A DNA stretch of 64,000 bases from Podarcis liolepis. Its lineage: Eukaryota. The notes below the pieces were generated by a model. The model saw only the letters and a program-made list of their open reading frames with translations, was not told the DNA's origin and ran no database searches. Positions 23,026 to 37,351 of this stretch are shown here, one piece after another. The stretch lies in NCBI GenBank assembly GCA_965112155.1, contig OZ218105.1; one strand, given 5' to 3'. The stretch's first letter is position 1, and each line of letters begins with the position of its first letter. Position numbers and translations under genes: made by a program.

Positions 23026-24689
23026 CCCAATCTGATGGTTTAATTAAAATAATGTTGTTTTGCTTGGTAAATAAAATATATGTAAAATTGCATAGAAATC
23101 AATTAAAATGATTGCCAGGTACTTGCCATTATATTATCTATTAATATTATTTTTATTATTTATGATGATTATTTAGCATTACCTGACATTTTCAGAAATT
23201 ACCTGCATTACCTGACATTTCAGAAATTAAAATTAAAATCCTTTAGTTTTCTGAAGAACCTGTAAAAAATAAAGAGCTCACTTCTTGTCAAGACAAGAGT
23301 TATAAAAAAATCTGTAGGATTTTTTGTCAGAAAATTCATTTTTAGCCACCATTCCTCCAACAGCTCTGAGATGGCTTCTTCACTCTGCCTAATAGTACAG
23401 TTGGCTCCTGTAGCCAGAAATTGCTGTATTGTTTGGTAGCTGAAAACTGATGTATGTCAGGAGTTCATACATGGACACAATTTTCCACTCTGGTCTAGAC
23501 ACAGCAAAATTAATAGCTGGTTTCCAAAGGGTTAGCAGAAGTTTCAAGTGGAATTTCAGTAGTCTTGTCAAAAGTTTTTAAACAACTGTCAACATGTTTT
23601 CCTTAAACATGAACAAGGAACCAAGGTTTGTGACATTCTTTTCAACAATTTGGTTGGTTTATCTCTTTTTTAATGGTAGTAGAGAATGAGAGAAAACTGT
23701 TTCTCTAATAGGTAGTGATAGCCAACATGAGTCATACTCACAGTGGACCCATTGAAACAAATGGGCTTATCTGGCCCATGGATTTTAATTGGTCTACTCT
23801 GCATATTGACTTCATTGAATAGCACTCAGTGTCTGCAAGGGCCTACAGTCATCCACTGGCTTTGACTAGATAGCATTGCAACTTTCAGATAAACAGTGGG
23901 ATGGATGGCACCTTTTATTTGTACTGAACTCAGTGAATAATAAAGAAAAGGGGGAACAACCTCTTTTTTGATAGCAGAGAATATATAATATGTGGGGTTA
24001 ATGAATATTCATTCATTTTTTGACACCATAAGTTGCAACATTTTGCTGCAAGTATTCAAGAGGAAAATGTTGCTTTGTTCTGTGTTTACTCATTTTTATA
24101 AATGCACTTGTAAAAAAAATTATAGGCTTGGTTTATATTCCTAGCAATAACATTTTATGCAATTGGAGCCCTGGGAAAATAATATTTTAGTAGCTTCATT
24201 TAACTAAAACATGAGCTGCTATTTTGAGATACAACACCTATTATTGATGAGCCTTTTGGTAAGAAGTTAACATGCATAGTTAAAGATCTGGTTTATTGAC
24301 AATAAATTATTGTGTCATGAAAAAAATACAAAAAGGATATCACCATCTTAATCCAAGAAGTTCAATTAATCAGTCATCACCTAGTTCATTTACTGTTAAA
24401 TTAATTTTAAATTGGAATAGAAGATGAGAAGATACAAAATAAACCTTGAAAATCCTCTATATAAGCACATGACGTACTGGGGATAATTCAGAAACAACCT
24501 TTTTTGGCTTATTTTGACATGGCAACATTCCAGATGAATTTGTTTTGGACCAGGATGCCAATAACTAAATTTACTGGGCAAGAAACAGTTCTTAACATAA
24601 CACACATCTCAGTGGCACAACCTGTGGTATGAGCAGCTAAGGGCCAATTGGCCATCAACCAGTTTATATTCATTATCTTTTCATTTATA

Positions 24690-24925
24690 AAAGTATTTAT
24701 ATACCACCCCCTCACAAAACATCAAGGAGTATAAAGCAGTGCAAAACAATCATTTTAATAGCTGGCTGCTGAAGAGGATTTTAACAACTAAACAGGCCTG
24801 TTTCCAGGAGATGCCTGATAGTCAAAAGTGAGGGTGCTTGCCTAATTTGTGCTCAGAGAGTGTCCCATATCATGGGACCAGCAACACTAAAGACCCAAAT
24901 TCCGGTTGAAGCCAGGTGAATCTCT
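24690..24925 (-). mobile_element. Degraded L2 3' remnant
   Basis: Minus strand ..WVFSVAGPMIWDTL (L2 AFSVAGPxLWNxL); tail-proximal tatttatataccaccc. Confidence 0.6.
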
Positions 24926-26925
24926 GTAACACAGGGGAAATGTACCACAGTCATAGCATTTTGGGTGCTTTTCCAGTGATAAATAATTATCATTTCCCAG
25001 AGGACATCCCTTTTTCTGCAATTTGGTATATTGCTGTCTCTATTTCCTCCTAATTCTGCCATTTTAAAAAGCATGGTTGTGTTGCAGTCAGAGACTCTAT
25101 AGTTGCTAGTACTGACTCCACAAGCCTTTCCACTCCTCAAGGCCAAACCTTGATATTAAATGCACGTTCACGTTTGCTTGCCTTTAATTTAAAATAAAAA
25201 TGTAGGGGACCCTAAACCAGATTAAGGCCATTGACAGAGGAGGAAGAGAGGCTTCTGTTTGTATTCCTAGTTCCCAGAAGAGAGTCCTCTGTTTGTATGC
25301 TTAGTTAATTCTTATTTTGTTCTCTAAATATAGATTTCCAGTACACTGCTTCATTTCTGTCCCCACGAAAATTTCCGCGGATAGATTGTAAGAGTTGGAG
25401 CTGCAGTTGTTCTGTAAGATGCTGTGCATTCTTGGAGAGTATGTAGTTGTTAGAAAGATGCCTGCCTATTGTTCTGGGATCTGATTGAGGGTGTGTGTAT
25501 CTTTCTGAGTGTTAAGAGTAACTTGCACCTACTATTTAGTTCCGAGGGGAGAGGAATTGTATCCTAGTTTTCAAAATTGGGGGGGGGGTAACACGGGGGG
25601 TAAAATTAGCAGGTAATTTCTGTTTGTTTCACTTTGGTTCCATATTCCCATTTCAGTTGCAGAGATATATGCAGAGGCCCCCTCCCCTCTTTTCTCTCTC
25701 TTTGTGATAAATCCTCTTTTGGAAAAGACCTTCAGTATATGTGTGCACACACTCTTTGGGGTATGTGTGTCCTAACAATATAATTTCATCTTATTGAGGC
25801 TTCCTATTTTCCTCAGATGATCATCTCTATGGCTTGCAGGTGGGGGGGGGATTAAAATTTATTTTCAGTGGCATATTATACTTTGCTTTTGTGTTATCTT
25901 TTTCCCCCTCTGGTAAAATATACACTTCTTTATCTTCCCTCTGTAAAGATTGTGTGCTGCTCTCCAGAGGTACAAGGCCTGGAACTCACTCAAGGCAGAT
26001 TCAAGTGATTTAAAAACACACACACATATTTGTAGTCTCAAACTTCAATAATACTGTGTTCATTTTGCTGTGATAATAGGAGTGGTGGCCTAATAAATTG
26101 TTTTCTACCACACTTATTGCAGTTTTAAGAAATGAAATAAAGTTGCTGTGTTGGAATGTCATTATGAAATAGAATTTCAGCACAAAATCAAATTTCAATT
26201 GAATCTGATTTTTACTGATATTGTGTTTGACATTGCTGCCTACAGCTCCTGCAACCTCAAGAAATGCTAGTTTGCAATTGCTGCTGAACTGTATAGCTTG
26301 TAAAAGCAATGGAATACACATGTACAGCTTCTGTTCTGGAACTGTCCATCTACCGCTAGTACTTCTTCACCCTCATCTATGAAAAAGTTATATTTTCTCA
26401 TCTGTTAGTCTTGGGGAATGCTTCTGCCTTAACTACTTGGCTGCTGTCTTACGTGTAATGTTTGCTTCTCTGAAGTGAGGTGTGTAACAAAGAAAACAAA
26501 TTAATGCTACACAGCTTTTACTATAAAACACATCTTGAAATGGCTGCCTCCCCACACTTCTCTGCTACTGTTCCTCAGAACTACTTCCTCAGAACATATC
26601 ACTGTGGTTCTTACTATCTTTGTATCCACTGTTTCAGAAAATGAATACTTGTTTCCTGACTTTCAAAATGAAGGGTTATTTAAGTGGGGGAAAGTAGATG
26701 AGATGTATCTTTAGTACCTTGAACAGGCCATTCTCACAAAACATTTGTTCTTTTCTAAGTCTTTTACTTAAAAACATAAATTGAAAGCCCTAATGACAAA
26801 ACTTCAGGCTTGCCTGAAATTTGTTAAATGGAATAAACAGAATTGACTATCTTTCTGAAATCATAGGCAGCAAATCATTGAAGTTTTTAGTTTTATCTAC
26901 GGTACACCCATTCACATGGTGTGAG

Positions 26926-26929
<4 letters not shown>

Positions 26930-26956
<27 letters not shown>

Positions 26957-27014
26957 CCCTATCATCTATCTATATCTAGCTATCTATCTATCTATCTAGC
27001 TATATCTATCTATC
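26930..27014. repeat. Compound microsatellite (CA)n-(TATC)n
   Basis: Direct observation. Confidence 0.95.
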
Positions 27015-30000
27015 TCAATAAGCAATTTGTTATTTCATACATGTCCTCTTTGGACCCAGTGCTAAACTATAGTTCAGTGTTACATAAATCGGGTTGGACC
27101 TATATGTCTTCCCAATTTCCTCAGAAAGCCATGGGGTGGAGTTTGGAAACTTCCACTTCTATTTTTAATTGGCCACAGTGAAGGGGGAAAGGGGAGATTA
27201 TAAACCCAAGGCTTGCTCTTGTCCAAATACAACCAGCATATTTACAATGAGTTATTTATACTTTCCCCTCAAACAACACCTGGCATTCTTGTTGAGTCCT
27301 ATTAGACACCTTCCTCCTCAATTGTACTTGCAGCTGTTTAAAACTGGAAACATGTATTGCATTGGGGGGGGGTTATGTAGGTTTAAATCAGAAGTAAATA
27401 ATGTTAGACCATACATGGTGAAAAAAAGTTCTATTTCTGTTCCTGACTCTTCTCCCTAGGAAGAGAGTACTAAATCATCAGGTTAGCTTGGGGGGGGGGC
27501 AGTGCCTGATTAATCAGGGTCCTAAGTTTAATTGACCCAGAGAAGTTCAGTCAATTAGTGAATTAACATTTTAACTATCCTGAATCATTTGTTATCATTA
27601 GCAAACACTAACAATCAGCCAACATTAAGGATCTTAAGAACTAGAAGCAGAGGGATACAAAAAATGGGTTTACTTATGTAACACATGCACAACAATACAA
27701 CAGAGACAGACACCCAACAACTTTGTGCATTGGATACAGCTGTAGGCACCTAGTTTCTGAGTCTTGTTTATATGTATGACAATATCATATTTTGGAATTA
27801 CTCCATGCCTATCTGATTTCTGACATTATTTCCTTACATAGATGTGTGCTGGCATGGGAAGCTCTTGATCAGTTCTGCAAATGAAAAATAAAAGAGGTTC
27901 ACTGTGATTCTTCCCACAAGTAAAGCTTTCCACATGCTACTCACATAAAAGGACATCACAGTACAGAGAAGGGGGACCACCCCCCTGCCCCTGCCTCTGA
28001 CATCAGCTCCATAGTCTGGCTTCACCACTAGACATCCATTTGTTAAGGTGATCATCTGGGGGGGGGAGGGGGCGGACCTTCAGACACAGGAACGTAAGAA
28101 GCTGCCTTAGACCATTGTTATTGTCTACACTGATTGGCTGCAGCTCTCAAGGGGAATGCAGCTGCTCACATTTAGGCTTGCACATGACTGAAGCAGTCGA
28201 TCATGCCAGTGCCCAGAACACATGGAAGATGGTTAAGCTAATGTGAGGACATCTAGAGGTGGAACCAGGCAATATGCTTGATTCTTCAGGTTGAGCCATG
28301 AACAGAGCTCCTGCTTCTCAGTATTGGCACAATACACACACCCATGCAAGTAATACATAAAGGGGGTTTGTAACTCACCTAAAGATGAAGCTCATGCAAA
28401 GTCCAGCTTCTTCTTTTAAATTTCTTGAATTCTTCTTATACCTTCTTCTCAAAGCATGTAACTAACACTACCCCTCAGGTGAATTAGTTCACATTATTAT
28501 CCCATGTTCTCGCATTGTACATATATCTGCATCCATCTCGAAAACATTCCATGAAGTTGAACTCTTATCTGAATGTTTCATACAAGTTATAACACTTTAG
28601 TGTAAATATCGTTCTGCAAAAGCAATGACCTATGTTCTTATTTCTGAACAGTTGGGCACATATCTCTAGAAAACAACTAGAGACTCAGTATGTGCAAGTT
28701 CCTGTCATTAGGGCATTCCTGCCCCCTGCAAAAGAACGAAAACTATACTGTGCAAAAACTATCCATTATGTGAAAGAATTACTCAACATGCTTTTCATTC
28801 CAACCATTTGCAGCAGATACATACGGATTACAGAGATTATTCATCAGTGGTAGGTCTATGAGACCTTCATTCTTGACATATATTGTGTAATGCAAGATAA
28901 AGCAGAAGCTTGTATTAGCAAATGGCTTTATTCCTTGGGCTGTTTTCTTGCCAAATAGAATTTCTCCTCGGTTTGCATGAAAAAGCCATTCTGTAGCTCC
29001 AAGCTGATATATCTCTTGTTTCAAAGCTGGTCTAATAACAAAAGCTTCAATATTATGCTCCTAATGTTTTATACAACCTCGTAATTGTCCTAAATCTCTA
29101 GAATCAATGTACTAGCTTTCAGGTAATGTAGCATGCTATTTACATCTTCGATTATAAACCGTAAGATAATGGATGTTAACATTTCTGTCAGTGGTTTGGC
29201 ACAAGACAGAAGTATCTGCTGACGTAAAGCACCTTGACAGCCATCTAAATATGTTGATCTGTTTCTGCTTTTATTTATTGACATTTGGTTGCTATGTGGG
29301 GGAGCCTAAATGCCCTCATTTTTCAGCTACTTTCTTTTCATTTGTCTTTTCAGTTTCCCAATTACTTTCTGGGAGCTTTTGCCTTATGAGTTTCAGGCAT
29401 GAAAGCTTTTGCTTTCACCTTAAGGTTGCTGTTGTTTCTTTTCAATCTTTTGTGAGAAATTATTACCATCTCCTCTGTACCTTAATTGTTTTATTAGATT
29501 TCCTGTAATAGCCCCAGCGTGTCAAAGAGAATTTATTCACTAAAATAGTTTAATACTAGCACTGGCAGATGCATGAAAGTAGTTTTCTGCATACTTGGGT
29601 ACTTTCTTTGTCCTCTGCATTTTTGTGAATGTCATTGCTTTATTCTGCTGCATTTATTCCATCTCTAAAATAATCTTAATGGAGAATTATTGCATTTTGG
29701 GGGTGGGAGGAGATCAATGCCAAGGAACTGGTGTCCCTGCATTTGCCACATAGTTTTGATCACTTACATGGCACTTTTAATGTGCAGAGTTATTATAGAT
29801 AGGGAATCAAAACTAAATGATACTTTGTGAAAGTCCATTGTAGTAGCCACGTTGTCTTAAAGTAGGGTTGGGAAACCTGTGGGAAACCAGATGTTTTTGG
29901 ACTCCACCTTCAATCAAGCCCAGCCAACATAGCCAATGACTTGAGGTGTTCCTTGCTTTAGATTGCCATTCATTTCTAGCATGTGGATGGATTTCTCAGC

Positions 30001-31632
30001 TTAGGACACACATATTTGAGAGCCACCAGCTATGGGCAATAGGATTCAACAGAGGCTCTGCTACAGATACACACCACTGCCACAAATAATATGTCAGTGG
30101 AACACTTAAGATACACTGGCAAAGCATGTTGCCAGAAGAACGGTCCTGGCAGCAAAGATGCACCAGAAGAATGGCTGGAACGACATGGTCAGCACAGGGG
30201 TGGAGCATATTTCACCATATCCTATCCCTCTCTAGTCCCTGTCCCCGCTGATGGTGCAGCTTTGCACCAGCTTCAGACATGCAACGTGAAATTTCTCTCC
30301 CACAGATTTCATGACAGAGATCTTAGGTTGTGGGGTAATCCAGCACTCAAACACAGTAAGCCACCATTGTGTCATGCATCATGCCCCTGAAACCTTTCAG
30401 CGTGTAGCACAGGACACATAGGAGGATTAGTTTCAGACTATTTCCTTGCGTGTTGAGCTACTGGTACTTCATTCAGGACCTTTGAGACCAGAGGACACAT
30501 CCCTGCAATATTTGCATTACCTCCAGCTCCCAAAAGCCAGAGTGGAAAATAAGTTGAGGACAACCTCTGACATATCTACAGGGAGGCAGAACCTACCATA
30601 CTCCAGATCTGGTCAGCCTACACACTGCACAAGGCTTCAGTTGGTTCTAGCTTCTTGCAGAGCCTCTTGGAGCTGTCCGAGGTCCTGTATGCCCTCTTCT
30701 GACTGGGGCTCTTCACTGGACACTGTCTGCTTCCCACTGGTGGAGGAAGAGGAGTGTGGGGGAGCGCACCGCCCCCGGCAGTGCGATCCCCAGGGTGCCA
30801 TCGCAGCTGCCCCCCACCCATGCTGGGCTCCGCCACTGCTGCTTCCCCTTTGGGCTTCATGCTCCCACAAAACTGGACAATGTATATATACATCACACAG
30901 GGGCACCATGGCTCATGTAGGGTGTGCAGCAGAGGGCTATATCTTTCTGGTCTTGTGCCATGTAGACGTAGAGCTCATAAGGGGAACTTTTCACACAGAA
31001 ATGATTTGAATATAGAAAAGGAAAATCTGCCTCTAGAGACTTCAGTAGCAGGGTTGTTGCTGGCTATGCTATTGGGGGTGCTGTGGCATTATGTGTGGCA
31101 ATGCAGGGTGGACATGTCCCCATTTTTGTGAGCTCACAGGCTCTGTGTCTTGGTGTCATGCAAGTGTTAGCACATGTGGTATGTCTGCTGTTTTAATGTT
31201 GTTGTGTTTGGTTTGGTTTTCTAGTCTGAACATTTATTGGATACAAGGCAAATTCCACCAGAGTATTGACAGCCTATTTCCCCCTTTCCCCTGGACAATG
31301 TGAGTACAGAATTGCTCTGCCCTTGTGGTGTTCAGCCTCTTTTAGCTCTGATCAAGAAATGCCCAAGAGGCACAAGGAAAAAGTGAGTACTGTACTATTT
31401 TCTAGGGTTCCCCATATTGATAGAAATTTTTGCCTGAATCAAGGTGAGCTTCTAGATTTTCTATCTGAGTGGGGCTTGCTTGTAATATATGTTGATATTT
31501 CACCCTTGTGAAACATGACTACTAAAATGTTTTTATGTTTATTTACTGCCATTATGATTTTTGGTTTTTTGTTTCTTAGTAGTAAGCATTTAAAAAACAA
31601 ACAAAAACCAAGCCCCAGTCAGTGAGCTAGTG

Positions 31633-31678
31633 GTTTGTTTGTTTGTTTGTTTGTTTGTTTGTTTGTTTGTTTGTTTGC
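31633..31678. repeat. (GTTT)n microsatellite
   Basis: Direct observation. Confidence 0.95.
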
Positions 31679-34600
31679 TGTTCACAGTTGCACCTAATAT
31701 CTATTAACACTTGTGCCAAAACACAGCTTCCTATTTTCACTGAGATTTCTTCTTTGTTTAATTTGGTGCCCTGCAGCTTGAGCTGTTACCAACTACAATG
31801 TGATAAATCAGAGCACTTGCCAACTGAGGAGGATGCAGTTATACTAGTGATAAGGAATACCAACTCTCTGGAGGAATAGGGTTAGAGCTTTCTTCATGTC
31901 TTCAGGCAGCTATATGCAGTTCTGATGGCATGCCCAAAATTTCTTGTATAATCCTAACAATTCATCTTAGAGAATTGGCTAATGTTGTGGGATGACTTGG
32001 GAAGAGAGATGGAGAAGCTAAGAAAGTTCTAACTTGTGTTTGTGGCAGCAAAAAGAAGGCGGGAGCCTGGAGGGTCCTCTTGTTGTAAATATTGTTGTTG
32101 TTGTTTGACTTGCTAATTGATGTTCCGATTGGGGATAGATTTTTTCCCCAGCTAGAGCAGGGAATACATACTGATGAGGAGATATATGATTAGCTCCTCC
32201 TCTCTCTCCCTCTGTCTGGCATTTTGTTTTTATTGAGAACTTACAAACCTTATGAGATGTAAAAAGGTGTATCAGGTTTTACTTACAAATGGGTCTAATA
32301 CTTCTGTACAGGTCCCCTTCAGTTTGCACCACTTCAGACCAGAATCATCTTGGTTCAGATGTGAAGTGATCATCCCTGAAGCGATAGTAGTCTTGTAATT
32401 CATGATTTGTCTAAAACATTTGCACATCCCTAATTCCCTACGCAATAGCTGAGCCTTTTCTGAAAGGTCTGGCTATCTTATGACTGTGAATAAGCCTATC
32501 ACAATTTTTTCCCCTTAAGTGATGCCTTATGGGAGTCATGGTTTTCATAAAAAGAGCTTTAATGCTCTTCTAATGGCTGTGGCTTCTTTTCTGAATGGGT
32601 AATTCATGTAGAGAAACAGAGTCATCTAGAAAACTACAGGTTCATCACCCTCAGTCTAAAGGACTTTTGCAAATCATCACATACCTATAAGTTTCCTGTT
32701 TTTGTGTAAGAGAAATGGACCTTGAGTGCATCTCTAGACACAAAGAGAAAATGTCAGAACATGGACAAATGTGGGAGAAAATGCCTGGAGTGATCACTTA
32801 GAGGCAGTTCTGACAATGTCCTGTTGACCAACTTGCATTTTTGAAAATCCTAAACACACTTACTAAAGAAGAACAGAGGGGCTTTAACTTCCAAGTAAAC
32901 ACGTAAGATTCTGCTGTAGTTTTATAATTTCCCTGGCAAGTGAGACCCAGATGCAGAGTAAGGAAAGTCTATAGTAAATGTAGAATGATTACATCTATTT
33001 TGCTTCTTTGATTTACTGGCATGTTAGTTTAATTGGGGTTAAGTGTCGTTGTGCCTCTGGGTAGTTTATTATTTCCTCTGTGGATTGTTTTTAATTAATT
33101 GTCAGGGTTCATAGCTTTGCTATAGATATTCAATTTGTGGGGTGCTTTATTTTACATTTAAGTAAACAAATGAGGAACTACTCTCCACATTCACAATATG
33201 AGCCTTTAATACACTTAGTTCTACCACTGTTTGTTTTAACAAGCCACTGAGTGCACATCTTTCCTTTTATTATTCTATTGGCATCAAAGACCACATGTTT
33301 GCATTCTATGAAAACTGATCATCCATCTTTCCCTTCATGTAAGCTTTATATCTGTTTTAACTTTAAAGGCAAAACAGAAACATGTAGATACAGAAAGATG
33401 TTTGTGCCCTCACACATACTCTCACAAACATGCATGCTTAATGGTTAGAAGTGAACGTTGAATTCAAAATATGAACTCCTCCAGTTCATTATTTCTGGGA
33501 TAAATATAAGATAAGCCCAAGCAACCCTGATGTTTAGACTGTCTCCACTGATTCTCACCTAGTGGCAATGGAAAGGGTTGTTGCTACATCCCTTACTAAG
33601 TCATGCAGGAATAGACAACACAATGTTTGGGTATTGTAATTTACAGAGCAGCTGCATCTTCAGCATCAAGCCAGAAGCCCAAGGAAACTATAATCCCGTA
33701 GATTCCAGAATCCACCAGCATAGTCAGGTGTGTCCCAGGTACCAGGATTTAGGAGAATTCTAGTTTACTGGAGCTCCTGACTCCTTACTATGAATCCAGA
33801 AGCCATGGGAAACTGCAGTCTCTAGCAATTCTGCTGTCCAGAATGCTATTCTGGTAGTGTTCTAAGGCCTTATCAAGGGACCAGAAGGTCATCTTATTTC
33901 TACCCCCAAACATGGTTTGGAAGAAAGTGGAAAAGGCAGTGGGGGGCTTCTGGGGAAATAGGGTTCCCAGTAAAGAGCAGTTCAGTAGGAGTGTGGGGAA
34001 GGGAAAGCTTTCAGGCCTCATCATTGGGAACTAATGCAAACATCCCTGGAACTTGGAATGTTTCTGAGCTTACACACATTAATTTGGTCCTGATGAAATT
34101 CAAGTCTAAATCAGTTCGTTTTAGGTCAGCCCATTACAAAAAACAACAACCCTTGATGTACTTGATGGATTCAATTCTCGGCAAAAGTTATTTATTTTGT
34201 ACCTTTAAACTTAGCTTCTCTCCAGATGTTTTGTTACTAAAAAATGCATACCTTGACTTCTGATTATTCCACTGGCCCAAGTATTTGCAGATACCTCTGC
34301 AAAATATTTGTGTATTCCAAGCCAATATGCATTAAGCTATTCTCTACTGACAGGCTTTCTCCTTACCATCAATTACTTTTATTTATTTTACCTGCTTTAC
34401 CCTACTGAGCATTATTCTTGCCTCTTTGTTATTCAAGCCTAATTTTGATTTAATAGAAGAGTGGAGAGGAGTAATTCCTTTGAGAAGCCTAACACCTCAT
34501 GGGTACAGAATGAAAGAGCAACCCAGAGCGGAACCAAATGTTACAGAAACCACAATGCTGATGATAAGTTTGGCAGTCCACTGTTGAGTTCCCCTGATGT

Positions 34601-36904
34601 ATAAAATGTACTACAACTTACACTTTGTCCTGAGAGCTTCATTTTCAGTATTTTTTAGAGCTGAACTGAAATACTCGGTTCTCCACGCCATTTGCAGACT
34701 GCACAACTGTGGGCAGCATTTCAGCAATTTGAGAGGGGAATGTGAACAGGGAAAAGGTCTTGCCCACTTAGCTACCAATCACTGTTCCTCTGCTTAATGA
34801 GTACCATTTGTTTCAAAGTTTCTTCCATTCCTTTCTCTTTGAACAGGAAACATTGAGCAGTATCCAGTGCACTCACTCCTTTAGCACAGTTATTTACATG
34901 TGCAGTGGAGCTCCCCACTCTCTTCCTCCTGCCCCACCCCCATGCCTTCCCCAAATCTGTTTCAGAGGTTTGGTGGAAAACCCAAACTAGATTTTTTTTG
35001 GAACAAGTTACATGGTGCTACATTGTATACAACCCATTGCTTCCTTTGTCCTTATTCTGAGGGCATTATTCTGCAGCCAAATCAGAGAGTAGGGGAAATG
35101 AGAGCCAGTTCTCCTTACTATCACTCTGGTGTGTTTTCTAAGGAGGAATGTTTCTTCCTAGAAGATCCCAGAGGGAGATCAGGAAGAATTGCTTCCCAGC
35201 CTTGCTTTTGTACTGATTTGGCTTAAGGGCAGTGCAGTCCAAGAGAAGAAGGAAACAATGAAGGAGATGGGATGGCATAGTGCTCATTAGTACCAGAGAG
35301 AAGAACTGAATAGGTGGCGGCAGCAGGGGAAAGGGTTTTGAGGAACATTGCACACAGAGAGAAGCACACCCACACCAGTGATCGCCAGTTATATAAAATG
35401 CAGTATGACAGGAAGATGCCTATTATAATGGCATCAGAGACGAGATGCCCTGCGTAACCTAGGGAGGGAGATTGACATGGGACTACCGCTGTCACCAACA
35501 GGGAGGGCCTTTTTGGCTAACTTTCATTCTGCTCCCATCGTCAAATCAGCAAAAGGAAAAGCTAAAAGCCTTAGTACAAGGATAAGGTGTTTTTAAAGCT
35601 GAATCATGGTTTGACTCATTGGCTGTTAGGGCTGCTATGGAGAAAACTGCAGAGAAAGCACTCTTACGAAAATATAAATATTGTTTGTTTGTTTTTTGGA
35701 ATGCAGCCATAACCCAGAATCTGTGGGGTTTGGGGGGGGGACCTCCAGAAAATACATTAATGATTTAATAACACTTCAAATGGCCTTTCATGGTGATTTT
35801 TCAGATAAACGATAAATGTATAATAGCACTAAGAGTGGCAAATACATCCTTCTTTGAAACAAATGTGCAGCCATTTTATGAGCCAGCATACATTAAGGAT
35901 GAATGAAAAACTAGATCCCAACTATAGGGCTAATTGATTGTTCCCGTAACTACATGCTTTGTGAAAACTGTCCTTTGGCCAATGGGCTTCCTAATGCTAG
36001 TTTGCCAAGTGACCAGCCATTGACTTCTAAGTGTTGCCAGAATGCCGATGCAAATCTGCTGTAGCAGCAGGCAGGCTGCTATACACTGCACTAACAGAAT
36101 CTGCAAATAATCAAGTGCATTACTGCACTCTACAGAGGCATATGTTTAATTGTATTTTAATGTATATTTTCTCTCTTGCTTTTGCAACAATTGTTATCTG
36201 AAGAAACTTCTTTTGGAGTGAAGCCTTGACATACCGGTACTTTGTTCTCAGACTGTCAGAAATCATTTGATTATCTTATCCTATCTGGTCAACCATATCT
36301 ATTTGGTATTTACTTATTGCATAGCTTGCATTTATTTTTGGACTATATTTTTTGCAGCAGTTACTCATCACCACATGCAAGTAAAAACCCATTTAGATGA
36401 GGGTCATGAAAAGCACATTGCCATTCAGTTTTTCAATCTTTAGATAGTATGCATTGTGATGCTTCATTTCATCGGAGCTAAAGAATGCACAGTGTGTAAA
36501 ATCCAGAAAAAAACGTAGTGTCCTCATCTTTGGTTTTGGTCAGTTTCAATAGCACTTTGTAGCGTAACTTGGCTTCAGTTCTCCTGATCTGAGGGAGACT
36601 TAAGCCCTTTGGGGGCATTTTAGCTCATGCAATGATCTCAGGGTTTCAGCTCACAAAGGAAGTTAATGTGCACTCAGAAGGCTGCTCAACTGCCAACATC
36701 TTCTCCCATGCATGAACAGCGTTAGGAAGGAGTTGATATGGGGCATGATATGAACATGTGTGGCCCTGCTCTGCTGGCTCATGCAGTTAACATAATGTGA
36801 GCCTGAATGCCCATATGGGGCTATAGGCTGTAATCCTATCCCCAGTGAAATCATGCATAGGATTGCATTCTTAGACTGTTAATCCTGAACATACTGAAGA
36901 AGTA

Positions 36905-36910
36905 TTATTA

Positions 36911-36943
<33 letters not shown>

Positions 36944-37351
36944 TATATACCACCCTATACCCAGGGATCTCAGGGCAATTCACTGAATAAAATAAAGATA
37001 TAAAACCACAAAATACATAATAAAATAAAAACATCAACCCAATAGCTTCCCCCTCCCCCCAAAAAAATTTTTAAGGGCATAGTATGTAAATAACAACCAC
37101 CAAAGGCCTGGTTGAAAAGGAATGTTTTTCCCTGCCACCTAAAGATGTATAGTGAAGGCACCAGGTGAACTTCCCTGGGGAGAGCGTTCCACAGATGGGG
37201 AGCCACTGCAGAGAAGGCCCATTCTCGTGTTGCCACCCTCTGGACCTCTCAAGGAGGAGGCACACAAAAGAGGGCCTCAGAAAATGATCTCAGGGTCCTG
37301 GTAGGTTCATATGCAAAGAGGCAGTCCTTGAGGTATTACGGTCCTGAGCTG
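36905..37351 (-). mobile_element. L2 LINE 3' fragment with (CAAT)n tail
   Basis: Minus-strand ORF ..ATREWAFSAVAPHLWNALPREVHLVPSLYIFRWQGKTFLFNQAF is the L2 ORF2 C-terminus; tail (ATTG)n at 36912-36941. Confidence 0.9.
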
